From: Acidobacteriota bacterium
GTDB lineage: Bacteria; Acidobacteriota; Vicinamibacteria; Vicinamibacterales; JAKQTR01
Direction of reading: 5' to 3'
Length of the DNA: 64,000 bases
Assembly: GCA_029562975.1 (NCBI GenBank)
Contig: JAKQTR010000016.1
Coordinates: forward strand, 35,887 to 99,886
Shown: positions 46,344 to 55,157 of the stretch, piece by piece
How positions within the stretch are numbered: the stretch's first letter is position 1
How the letters are laid out: the number at the start of each line of letters is the position of its first letter
Notes under the pieces: generated by a model
Databases searched by the model: none
What the model saw: the letters and a program-made list of their open reading frames with translations, nothing else
What the model was told of the DNA's origin: nothing
Made by a program: the position numbers and the translations under genes

Positions 46344-47306
46344 ATGCGCTGGCCTCGGGCCCTCTCCTTCGTCGTCGGCACGAACCTGCCGTGGCTGCGC
46401 TACGGCGGCGACTTCGGCGCCAACGCCTGGCGTCCCGACGGCGGCGTCGGGCGCCGCGACGCCGTGCCGGAGTTGAGGCGGACGCTCGCCCGGCTGGCCG
46501 ACGACGGGTTCACGCACGTCCGCTGGTTCATGCTGTGCGACGGGCGCGCGGGCCTGCGGCCCGCGCCCGGCGGCGCTCCCGCGGGGCTGGACGAGTTCGT
46601 GTTCCGCGACGCCGACGCCGCCGTCGACGCTCTCGAGCGGGCCGGTCTCCGCGCCATCATTGTCCTGTTCGATTTCCACTGGTGCCTGCCGGCCGCCGTC
46701 GCGGGCGGCGTTCAGACCGGCGGCCGCCGTGAGTCGATCGCCGATCCGCACGCCCGCGCCCGCCTGCTCGAGGGGGTGGTGGCGCCGATCCTCGACCGGT
46801 ACGGCCGGCACCCGGCCGTGGCGGCGTGGGACGTGATGAACGAGCCGGAGTGGGTCACGCGAGGCGGCGGCGGCCGAGCATCTGCGGGCCGCGTGCCGCG
46901 CGAGGCCATGCGCGCGTTTCTCGGCGGCGTCGTGGCGCTCGTGCACGAGCGCACCGCGCACGCGGCGACGATTGGCTCGGCGTCGACGCGCACGCTCCCG
47001 CTCGTCGAGGGCCTGGGACTCGACGTCTACCAGGCCCACTGGTACGACCGGCTCGATCGCCGCGCGCCCCTCGCACGCCCCGTCTCGGCGCTCGGGCTGG
47101 ATCGTCCGCTTCTGCTCGGCGAGTTCCCGACGCGCGGGTCGTCGCGTCGGGCGGCCGAGATCCTCGCCGCGGCGCGCCTGGCCGGCTACGCCGGCGCGTT
47201 CGCGTGGTCGGCCCTGGCCGGTGACGGCGCGTCCGATCCGGCGGCGATGGCCTCGGCGCTCGCCTCGCTCCGCACCGCTGACGCGGGCCCGGCCGCGCGC
47301 GCCTGA
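46344..47306 (+). CDS. Clan GH-A (GH5-like) TIM-barrel glycoside hydrolase candidate, no signal peptide
   Basis: ATG at 46344, while the track start at 46332 is TTG. Acid/base-type motif WDVMNEPEW and nucleophile-type LLLGEFP, with the spacing expected for clan GH-A. Confidence 0.6.
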   Translation: MRWPRALSFVVGTNLPWLRYGGDFGANAWRPDGGVGRRDAVPELRRTLARLADDGFTHVRWFMLCDGRAGLRPAPGGAPAGLDEFVFRDADAAVDALERAGLRAIIVLFDFHWCLPAAVAGGVQTGGRRESIADPHARARLLEGVVAPILDRYGRHPAVAAWDVMNEPEWVTRGGGGRASAGRVPREAMRAFLGGVVALVHERTAHAATIGSASTRTLPLVEGLGLDVYQAHWYDRLDRRAPLARPVSALGLDRPLLLGEFPTRGSSRRAAEILAAARLAGYAGAFAWSALAGDGASDPAAMASALASLRTADAGPAARA

Positions 47307-47350
47307 CGGCTGCACCGGGGGCGCGCATCGCCCGCGGCCGGCCCGGCGGG

Positions 47351-47358
47351 TGTAAGAT
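47351..47358 (+). promoter_or_regulatory. Extended -10-like element TGTAAGAT upstream of the tricorn protease gene
   Basis: TGTAAGAT lies 36 nt upstream of ATG 47394 and is the only AT-rich islet in the spacer. Confidence 0.4.
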
Positions 47359-47393
47359 CGGGCGGCCTGGTACTGCCTTCCTGGAGTCCCTCC

Positions 47394-50300
47394 ATGCGCA
47401 AAGCCCCGCTCGTGCTCCTCGCGATCACCCTGGCGTCGGTCGCCTCGCCCGCCGCTGCGGGCACGCCCGGCCGCTTCATGCAGTACCCCGACATCTCGGG
47501 AAACGCGATTGTGTTCAGCTGGGACCGCGACCTCTGGAGCGTCCCGGCCTCCGGCGGCGTCGCGACGCGGCTGACGGGCCACCCGGGAGTGGAGAACGTC
47601 CCGAAGTTCTCGCCCGACGGCACGCAGATCGCGTTCGCGGGCCAGTACGAGGGCAACAACCTCTACGTGATGCCGGCCACAGGCGGCGCGCCGCGGCGGA
47701 TTACCTTCGTGGGGGCCGGGCTCCAGACGGTCGGCTGGACGCCGGACGGGACGCGCGTCATCTTCCGTTCCGGACACGAGAACACGTTTCGGCCGATCGT
47801 GAAGCTCTACACGGTCGCCGCATCGGGCGGCCTCCCCGAGCAGATGCCCATGGAGCGCGGCATCCTCTGCTCGTTCTCGCCGGACGGGACCAGGCTCGCC
47901 TACAACCGCCGCGGCAACGAGGAGTACTACTGGAAGCGGTACAAGGGCGGCCAGTACACGGACATCTGGCTCTACGACTTCACGGCGAACACGTACGCGC
48001 CGCTGACCGACTACGTGGGCAAGAACGCCTACCCCATGTGGATCGGGAACCGGCTGTACTTCGTCTCCGATCGGAGCAGGAGCGGCATCGCGAACCTGTT
48101 CACGTACGACTTCACGACGAAGAAGGTGGACCAGGTCACCGATTTCGCGGACTTCGACGTCCAGATGCCGGAAACCGACGGCCGATCGATCGTGTTCGTG
48201 CAGGCGGGCTGGCTGCACGTGCTCGACGCGGCCACGAACAAGGTGCGGCGCGTCGAGGTCGAGATGCCGAGCGACCGCTGGGGCCTGGCCGACCGCACGA
48301 TCAACCCGCGCGCGTTCATCCACGCGATGACCGTGTCGAACGACGGCCGGACCGCGGTCTTCGAGGCCCGGGGCGACATCTTCGCCGTGTCGGCCGACGA
48401 CAGCCGCGTGCCGCGCAACCTGACGCGCACGCCAGGCACGAGGGAGCGCTTCCCGCAGATTTCGCCTGACGGCACGCGGGTGGCCTTCTACTCGGACCGG
48501 ACGGGCGACTACCAGATCTACGTGACCGATGTCGGAGGGGACAAGCCGTGGGAGCCCCTGACGACGGATCTCGACCGCTGCGCGTACCACCTGGAATGGT
48601 CGCCGGACGGGTCGAAGATCCTTTTCGGGAACAAGGACTTCTCCATCTTCTACCTCGATCTCGCGACGAAGAAGCTCGTGAAGGTGGCGTCCTCGAACCA
48701 GATGAAGAACGACGAGTTCTTCTGGGAGGTGAGCGATTACTCCTGGTCCCCCGACGGGAAGTGGATCGCGTACTCGTTCGTGGAGTTCAACCGCAACAAC
48801 AGGGTGTTCCTCTACAGCCTGGAGCAGGGCAAGAGCTTCCCTCTCACAAACGGGTTCTACGACAGCCTGAACCCCTCCTTCGACGCCGGAGGCGAGTACC
48901 TGTACTTTCTCTCGTACCGCGACTTCTCGGCGCGAATGGACATCTTCGAAGACAACCACGTGATCCCCAGCCCGGTCCAGGTGATGGCGGTGCAGCTGCG
49001 CGCGGGCCAGGCGCCGCCGTTCGGGAAGGGGGCGCCGCGCACGGCCGAGGCCAGGCCGTTCCGGATCGATCTCGCGGGCATCGACGAGCGCGTCTTCCCG
49101 CTGCCGGTGAGGTCCGGCAACTACTTCTTCCTGAAGGCGGGCAAGGGCGTGGTGACGTGGGCCTCCACGGATTCCTGGGGCGAGAGCGAGTACGAGACGG
49201 TCTTCTCGCCGTCGGGCGAGGACAAGTGGATGCTGAACGTCTTCGACATGGCGTCGCAGAAGCTCACCGTCTCCGAGACCACCATCAGCGACTGGCGCCT
49301 GTCGCTGAACCGCGAACAGGCCATCGTCAGGAAAGGCGCCGCGTACTTCGTGGGCCCGACCGGCGCGGTGGCGGCGTCGAAGGGGTTCGGGACGGCGCTG
49401 AACCTCGATCAGATGGCGTACCGCGTCCAGGCGGTGCCCGAGTGGACCCAGATCTTCAACGACGCCTGGCGCTGGTACCGCGACTTCTTCTACGACCCCA
49501 ACATGCACGGCCGCGACTGGAAGCGGATCGGCGACAAGTTCCGCGCGATGATCCCGGAGCTGAACAACCGCTCCGACCTGAACTGGCTCCTGTCTCAGAT
49601 GGTCGGCGAGCTGTGCGTGTCGCACACGTACGTGTCCGGCGGCGACTTCGGCCCGGCGCAGCTGCCGCCCACCCCGGTTTTCACGGGCCTGCTCGGCGCG
49701 GACATCAGGGCCGACGCCAGCGGGTACCCGAGGCTCGCCCGCATCCTGGGCCCGACGGCCTACAACCGCGACCTCGCCGCGCCCCTCGCGCGCCCGGACA
49801 TCGACGTGAAGGACGGCGACTTTCTGATCGCCGTCGATGGCCACGACCTCAAGGGCGACACGCCGTGCCGCCACCTCCAGGTGACGCGCGGCCAGAAGGT
49901 GACGGTCACCGTCAACGGCCTCCCGTCGGCCGCGGGCGCGAAGACGTACGAGGTCGAGCCGATCCCGTCCGAGTCGGACCTCCGCTACCACCGCTGGGTC
50001 GCGGACAACATCGCCGCGGTCGAGAAGGCGTCGGCCGGCCAGCTCGGCTACATGCACATCACCGCGATGGGCTCCAGCAACACCGGGCAGTTCGACAAGT
50101 ACTGGCGCGCCTTCCGCGACCGCAAGGGTCTCGTCATCGACGTGCGCGGCAACGGCGGCGGCTGGACCGAGTACTTCATCATCGACAAGCTCGAGCGGAA
50201 GATGACGGCTCATAACGTGCTCCGCGGCATGGCGCCCTTCCGCTACCCCGGTTCCATCACGACGGGCCCCATCGCCGTCCTGACCAACGAGTACAACGGG

Positions 50301-50636
50301 TCGGACGGCGAGGCCTTCCTGGAGCACTTCAAGGCGCGCAAGCTCGGAACGGTCATCGGCGTGCCCTCGTGGGGCGGCCTCGTGGGCATCCTCAACGGCC
50401 AGACGACCATCGACAACGGCACGATCCAGCAGTCGAACAACGCGTTCTACAACGACAAGGGGCAGTGGCTCGTCGAGAACCACGGCGCCGACCCGGACAT
50501 CCTGCTCGAGAACGACCCCGCGTCGGCCTCGGCTGGCAAGGACCTCCAGCTCGAGAAGGCCATCGAGGTGCTGCTCGCCCAGATCAAGGAGAAGCCGTTC
50601 ACCTGGCCGCCGGTGCCGAAGTACCCCATCAGGTAG
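47394..50636 (+). CDS. Tricorn protease homolog (S41B), secreted
   Basis: Track ORF of 1080 aa with a signal peptide. The start is family-typical (FMQYPDISGNAIVFSWDRDLWSVPASGG), followed by beta-propeller repeats, a PDZ-like region and a C-terminal S41 core (DVRGNGGG, NEYNGSDGEAF). Confidence 0.9.
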   Translation: MRKAPLVLLAITLASVASPAAAGTPGRFMQYPDISGNAIVFSWDRDLWSVPASGGVATRLTGHPGVENVPKFSPDGTQIAFAGQYEGNNLYVMPATGGAPRRITFVGAGLQTVGWTPDGTRVIFRSGHENTFRPIVKLYTVAASGGLPEQMPMERGILCSFSPDGTRLAYNRRGNEEYYWKRYKGGQYTDIWLYDFTANTYAPLTDYVGKNAYPMWIGNRLYFVSDRSRSGIANLFTYDFTTKKVDQVTDFADFDVQMPETDGRSIVFVQAGWLHVLDAATNKVRRVEVEMPSDRWGLADRTINPRAFIHAMTVSNDGRTAVFEARGDIFAVSADDSRVPRNLTRTPGTRERFPQISPDGTRVAFYSDRTGDYQIYVTDVGGDKPWEPLTTDLDRCAYHLEWSPDGSKILFGNKDFSIFYLDLATKKLVKVASSNQMKNDEFFWEVSDYSWSPDGKWIAYSFVEFNRNNRVFLYSLEQGKSFPLTNGFYDSLNPSFDAGGEYLYFLSYRDFSARMDIFEDNHVIPSPVQVMAVQLRAGQAPPFGKGAPRTAEARPFRIDLAGIDERVFPLPVRSGNYFFLKAGKGVVTWASTDSWGESEYETVFSPSGEDKWMLNVFDMASQKLTVSETTISDWRLSLNREQAIVRKGAAYFVGPTGAVAASKGFGTALNLDQMAYRVQAVPEWTQIFNDAWRWYRDFFYDPNMHGRDWKRIGDKFRAMIPELNNRSDLNWLLSQMVGELCVSHTYVSGGDFGPAQLPPTPVFTGLLGADIRADASGYPRLARILGPTAYNRDLAAPLARPDIDVKDGDFLIAVDGHDLKGDTPCRHLQVTRGQKVTVTVNGLPSAAGAKTYEVEPIPSESDLRYHRWVADNIAAVEKASAGQLGYMHITAMGSSNTGQFDKYWRAFRDRKGLVIDVRGNGGGWTEYFIIDKLERKMTAHNVLRGMAPFRYPGSITTGPIAVLTNEYNGSDGEAFLEHFKARKLGTVIGVPSWGGLVGILNGQTTIDNGTIQQSNNAFYNDKGQWLVENHGADPDILLENDPASASAGKDLQLEKAIEVLLAQIKEKPFTWPPVPKYPIR

Positions 50637-50853
50637 GGGCCGGGTGCCAGTCAGACAGGGGGAACCGAGGCGCTCGGGGCTCGGCGCGAGGCGCAAGTCA
50701 GGCGGGGAGAAGGGGCAAGGGGTAGAGGACAGTCGGGGCTCGGGACTCGGAGTTCGGGGGCCTGGATTCGAGAAGTCGAGGCTGGGGGTTCTGCCTTCTG
50801 GATTCTGAATTCCGGATTCTGGATCCTGCCGTGTACTCCCTGCGGGAGCGGAT

Positions 50854-51861
50854 ATGCCGACACTGCTGTCACCGCTGTCGTTCGCGGGGCTGAGGCTGCG
50901 CAACCGTATCGCGATGCCTCCCATGTGGTCGGGGCAGGCCACGCCCGAGGGGTTCGTCAGCGCCGCGAACGTCGAGTACCATCGGGTCCGCGCCGCCGCG
51001 GGCACGGCCCTCGTCATCGTCGAGAACGCCTTCGTGCACCCGCAGGGCCGGCACAGCGCGACGCAACTCGGCGCGCACGCTGACGCCTGCGCGGACGGGC
51101 TGGCGCGCCTGGCCGCCGCCATCCGCGGCGAGGGCGCCGTCGCCTGCCTGCAGATCGCCCACGCCGGGTCCCGCGCGTCCTCCCGCGTGACCGGCCTCCC
51201 TGTCGTGTCGGCGTCGCCCGTGGCCACCGGCCGGGAGGCGCACGAGGAGACGCCCGCCGCGCTCGACACTGGCGGGATCGCGAACGTCGTGGAGGCGTTC
51301 GCGGCCGCCGCCGCCCGCGCCCGTCGCGCTGGCTTCGACGCCGTCGAGGTGCACGCCGCGCACGGCTACCTCCTGTCGCAGTTCCTGTCCCCCCTGACCA
51401 ACCGCCGCGAAGACGACTACGGCGGCGACGCGGCGCGCCGGGCGCGGCTGACGGCCGACGTGGTCACCGCGATCACGCAGCGGGTCGGCCCGGGGTTCCC
51501 CGTCTTCGTACGCCTGGGCATGCACGACGAGCGGCCGGGCGGGCTCACGCTGGCTCCCGCCTGCTGGACCGCCGCGCGCCTCGTGGAGGCTGGCGCGTCG
51601 CTCATCGACGTGTCAGGAGGGCTGGCCGGGTCTGACGACCCGGGGAGGGGCCCCGGCTACTTCGTGCCCTACGCCGAGGCGCTCAAGGACGTGGTGAACG
51701 TCCCTGTCCTCGTGGCCGGAGGCATCACGGACCCGCGGACGGCCGACGTGATCGTCCGGTCGCGCCGTGCGGACATCGTGGGCGTCGGGCGGGCGATGCT
51801 CGCGGACCCGGCGTGGGCGGCGAGAGCCGTGGAGATGCTCCGCGAGGCCCCGGCTGGCTAG
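50854..51861 (+). CDS. Old Yellow Enzyme family NADH:flavin oxidoreductase
   Basis: Track ORF of 335 aa. LRLRNRIAMPPM, CLQIAHAGS, GFDAVEVHAAHGYLLSQFLSPLTNRREDDYGG. Confidence 0.9.
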   Translation: MPTLLSPLSFAGLRLRNRIAMPPMWSGQATPEGFVSAANVEYHRVRAAAGTALVIVENAFVHPQGRHSATQLGAHADACADGLARLAAAIRGEGAVACLQIAHAGSRASSRVTGLPVVSASPVATGREAHEETPAALDTGGIANVVEAFAAAAARARRAGFDAVEVHAAHGYLLSQFLSPLTNRREDDYGGDAARRARLTADVVTAITQRVGPGFPVFVRLGMHDERPGGLTLAPACWTAARLVEAGASLIDVSGGLAGSDDPGRGPGYFVPYAEALKDVVNVPVLVAGGITDPRTADVIVRSRRADIVGVGRAMLADPAWAARAVEMLREAPAG

Positions 51862-52775
51862 TACCCCGACTTCAGGAGCGCGATCAGGATCGACACCGTC
51901 ACCGCGCTGGCCAGCGTCGTGACGACCACGACCGACGTCACGAAGCGCGGCTCGACGTCGAACTCGACCGCCAGGATGGTGGTGATGACGGCGCTCGGCA
52001 TGGCGGCCTCGACGAGCACGGCCTGGCGGCTGACGCCCTCCAGGCCGAGGAGCCAGGCCAGCCCAAACCCGATGAGCGGGCTCCCCACGAGGCCGAGCAG
52101 GGCCGCAGTGGCCACGAGGGCCGGGCGCTCCGGCCACGCGCCCCGTTCGAACTGCATGCCCAGCACGAGCAGCATGGTCGGGATGGCGGCCGAGCTCAAC
52201 AACGTGGCGGGCCGGAGCACAAACGCCGGGAGCGTCGCGCCGGTCCCGATCACGACGGCAGCCGCCAACAGGCCCCACAGTGCCGGCACCCGCAGGAGCC
52301 CCGCAGCGGCCTCGCGCGCGCTGCGCCGGCCGCTCGACGCGAGGAACGACCCGACGCTGTAGACGAGCATCGCGCCGGTGGCGAAGTACACGACCGCCCG
52401 CGACAGCGCTTCCTCGCCGAAGGCGAAGAGCACGACCGAGAGGCCGTAGTTCGCGGAGTTGGAGAACATGACGACGATAAGGAACGCGGCGAGCGCGGGA
52501 CGCTCCAGCCGGAACGGGATGGCCGCGAGGCGCGCGACCGCCCCTGCCGACCCCACCAGCAGGATCGTGAACGCGACGATGCGCCCGAACTCCCCCGCCC
52601 CCACGCGGCTCGTGACAAGCTGCGTGAACACGAGACACGGCGCCAGCGCGTTGAAGGTGACCCGCGACACGGACTTCACGTCGACGCGAAGGCGCCGAGC
52701 CAGCACGAAGCCCACAGCCGCCACCAGGAAGATCGGCAGGATGTCGTCGGCCAGGATGGTCAGGAAGAGGCGCAT
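51858..52775 (-). CDS. AEC (auxin efflux carrier) family transporter
   Basis: Inner ATG at 52775 gives MRLFLTILADDILPIFLVAAVGFVLAR. About 10 helices. Family-typical start and length. Confidence 0.85.
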   Translation of the reverse strand: MRLFLTILADDILPIFLVAAVGFVLARRLRVDVKSVSRVTFNALAPCLVFTQLVTSRVGAGEFGRIVAFTILLVGSAGAVARLAAIPFRLERPALAAFLIVVMFSNSANYGLSVVLFAFGEEALSRAVVYFATGAMLVYSVGSFLASSGRRSAREAAAGLLRVPALWGLLAAAVVIGTGATLPAFVLRPATLLSSAAIPTMLLVLGMQFERGAWPERPALVATAALLGLVGSPLIGFGLAWLLGLEGVSRQAVLVEAAMPSAVITTILAVEFDVEPRFVTSVVVVTTLASAVTVSILIALLKSGY

Positions 52776-52786
52776 CTCGATGCCCC

Positions 52787-52794
52787 ATTCTACA
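52787..52794 (-). promoter_or_regulatory. Extended -10-like element TGTAGAAT, 11 nt upstream of the AEC transporter ATG
   Basis: The reverse complement of 52787-52794 reads TGTAGAAT. There is no SD before ATG 52775. Confidence 0.4.
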
Positions 52795-52855
52795 GGGCCG
52801 ACGGCGCAGACCGGCGGCACTCGCCGAGCGTGAAACGGGCTGCCCGCTGCGGGCG

Positions 52856-52861
52856 TAGGAT
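52856..52861 (+). promoter_or_regulatory. -10-like hexamer TAGGAT, 12 nt upstream of the HAMP-SpoIIE ATG
   Basis: TAGGAT at 52856-52861 and ATG at 52874, with no SD. Confidence 0.3.
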
Positions 52862-52873
52862 CCTGGTAACGCC

Positions 52874-55135
52874 ATGACACTCAGGACACGCTTGTCGCTC
52901 GCGTTTTTCTTCATCTCGGTCGTGCCGCTCGCGGTTGTCACGGCCTACTCGTATTACTCGTCCGCTGCGGCGCTCCGGCACGCCGTCGAAGCGCAGGCGG
53001 ACCAGATGGCCTCCGAGATGGGCGATCGCCTGACATGGGTCATGGCGGATCTCGGGGAGCGCGTCGAGCGGCTCTGGCGGATGCGCGTGCAGGAGCCCGC
53101 GGCTCTCGGCGCGCCGAGGACGGCGGGCGCGCTCCCCTCGGTCGTGGCGAACTCGGAGACCCTTCAGCACCTCGCCGCCGCAATGCTCGCTGAAGCGGCG
53201 CCGCTCGTCCGGCGCCTCGAGTTCTCGTCGGCTGCCGACGCCGCGGCCGTCCCCGGTTCCGCGGGTGCCCCCCCGGCCCAGGCGCCAGCCCAAGCCGAAT
53301 CCGGGGGCGGGAGAACGGGAGGCCGGGGCGGGAGGGCTCGTGGCGCGTGGCAGGCCCCTGGCGCGCCTTCGGCCGGTCGAGCGCCCGCGTCCGGCCCGCG
53401 AGGGCCGGCGGGCAGGCCCCAGCCGCCGCCCGGTGTACCGGTGGTCTCGCCCGGCATGCCGAAGGTCGTGATTGACATGCCGACGGCGCGTGCGGCCGCG
53501 GGCAGCGCCAACTCGGAGGCGCTTTTCGAGGCGCTTACTCCGGAGGCCGTCAATGCGTGGCGCCGGGCCATCCAGCGCCAGGCCGAGATGGATGCCGACC
53601 CGGCAGGCATCCCGCCCAGGCCCCCTGCCCCGCCTCCCTCCCCCCAACCGGGTCAGCCGAGCGCCTCTGGAGCACCCGACGGCCAGGCGGGTGCGCCGGC
53701 GTTCGGCCGAGCGCCCAGCGCGGGAGCGGCCGGACTGTCGGCGTCCGAGCTCCGCGCGCTGCGGGACCGGCGGCGCGCCGAGCGCGCGGAGCGCATGAAG
53801 GCCCTGGCGACCGGCGAAGCCCTGCAGTTCGAAGTCCGGCGGGCGGGCCAGCTCATCGGAACGATCAGCGCCACGGTGGACCGGAACCGCATCATCGAGA
53901 CGGTGCTCTCCCTCGGCCGCCGGGAGCGGGGCGAGGTCCCGTTCGTCATGGATTCGAGCGGCGAGATCCACGCCCTCGATCCCGCGGGGCGGCGCGCCAT
54001 TGAGGCGCTCAGGCTCGCGCCGGTGGCGCCGGGCCGGAGTGCCTCGACAACGCTGGCCGGAGACGTGCTGGTCGTCACCCGCCGCGACCCCTCGGGCATT
54101 GTCTTCGGCCTCGCGCGCCCCCTCCGCGACTCGCTCCGCGACATGCGCCGCGCCTCCCTCGGCAACCTCGCCGTCGGGCTGCTGTTCATCGGGGGGGCGT
54201 TCGCGATGATCCTGCCGCTGGCCAGCCGGCTCACGCGGCATCTGGCCGCGCTCAACGCCGGCGTGCAGCGGCTGGCGGCGGGCGACCGCCATGCCCGTGT
54301 CGCCGAGGACGCCCCGGATGAGGTCGGAGAGCTGGCGCGCTCGTTCAACCGGATGGCGGCTGAGCTGGAAGTCCACGATCGGATGCTCGCAAAGCAGGAG
54401 CGCCTCGCACGTGAGCTCGAGCTCGGCCGGCAAATCCAGACCGACATGCTGCCCCGCGGGCCGCTGAAAACCAGCTTCGCCGAGGTCGCCGGCGTGTCGA
54501 TTCCCGCCCGCGAGGTGGGCGGGGACTTCTTCAATTACTTCGCCCTGGAAGACGGGCGCATCGCGCTGCTGGTCGGGGACGTGTCGGGCAAGGGCGTGGG
54601 CGCGGCGCTGCTGATGGCGAACATCCAGGCCACGCTGCGTGCGAGACTCCAGCTCGAGTCGGACCTGGCTCAGCTGGCGGACGCCGTGGACCACGACATC
54701 GCGGCCAATACGCCGCCCGAGGTCTATGCGACGCTCTTCGCCGGCGTGATGGACCCGGCCGGGCGCGAACTCCGGTACGTCAACGCCGGGCACAATCCGC
54801 AGTTCCTGCTCCGGGCGGGAGGCGGGCTCCAGCGCCTGGAATCGACCGGCCTGCCGATTGGCCTGCTCCCGGGGCGCGGCTACGTGGAACGCCGTGTCGG
54901 CGTCGAGCGCGGCGACCTGCTCTTCCTCTACACGGACGGCGCAATCGAGGCGCCGAACGAATCGGGCGAGTTCTTCGACGCCGACCGCCTGCAGCGGGAG
55001 CTGGTGGAGGCGTCCGCCCTCGACGTCGACGCGCTGCTCGTGCGGATCGAACGCGCGCTGCGAGCATTCCGCGGCCGCGCCGAGCCCGCCGACGACGCGA
55101 CGATGATGGCGCTCCGCCTCAGCCCGGCGCGCTGA
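52874..55135 (+). CDS. Membrane sensor phosphatase: TM, large extracytoplasmic region, TM, HAMP, PP2C-type SpoIIE (RsbU-like) domain
   Basis: Track ORF of 753 aa. TM1 is LSLAFFFISVVPLAVV and TM2 is LAVGLLFIGGAFAMILPLA. HAMP region (DEVGELARSFNRMAAEL). SpoIIE motifs (GGDFFNY, LLVGDVSGKGVGAAL, YVNAGH, LYTDG, DDATMMAL). Confidence 0.85.
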   Translation: MTLRTRLSLAFFFISVVPLAVVTAYSYYSSAAALRHAVEAQADQMASEMGDRLTWVMADLGERVERLWRMRVQEPAALGAPRTAGALPSVVANSETLQHLAAAMLAEAAPLVRRLEFSSAADAAAVPGSAGAPPAQAPAQAESGGGRTGGRGGRARGAWQAPGAPSAGRAPASGPRGPAGRPQPPPGVPVVSPGMPKVVIDMPTARAAAGSANSEALFEALTPEAVNAWRRAIQRQAEMDADPAGIPPRPPAPPPSPQPGQPSASGAPDGQAGAPAFGRAPSAGAAGLSASELRALRDRRRAERAERMKALATGEALQFEVRRAGQLIGTISATVDRNRIIETVLSLGRRERGEVPFVMDSSGEIHALDPAGRRAIEALRLAPVAPGRSASTTLAGDVLVVTRRDPSGIVFGLARPLRDSLRDMRRASLGNLAVGLLFIGGAFAMILPLASRLTRHLAALNAGVQRLAAGDRHARVAEDAPDEVGELARSFNRMAAELEVHDRMLAKQERLARELELGRQIQTDMLPRGPLKTSFAEVAGVSIPAREVGGDFFNYFALEDGRIALLVGDVSGKGVGAALLMANIQATLRARLQLESDLAQLADAVDHDIAANTPPEVYATLFAGVMDPAGRELRYVNAGHNPQFLLRAGGGLQRLESTGLPIGLLPGRGYVERRVGVERGDLLFLYTDGAIEAPNESGEFFDADRLQRELVEASALDVDALLVRIERALRAFRGRAEPADDATMMALRLSPAR

Positions 55136-55157
55136 AGGGCATGGCGGCGCGCGCCGG
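55124..55157. terminator. GC hairpin spanning the convergent stop codons (weak terminator candidate)
   Basis: CCGGCGCGC at 55124-55132 pairs with GCGCGCCGG at 55149-55157 (9 bp, 16-nt loop). No U-tract. Confidence 0.25.

Noticed and set aside
46248-51269. A 1673-aa minus-strand ORF.
   Set aside because: It is antisense to the GH5-like, tricorn protease and OYE genes. It is codon-aligned with the tricorn frame and has an R/G/P/A-rich composition. The plus-strand products have unmistakable family signatures.
52790-54793. A 667-aa minus-strand ORF, and a 779-aa plus-strand ORF at 58440..60779.
   Set aside because: They are antisense to the HAMP-SpoIIE phosphatase and the spermidine-synthase-like gene respectively, with composition typical of high-GC shadow ORFs.
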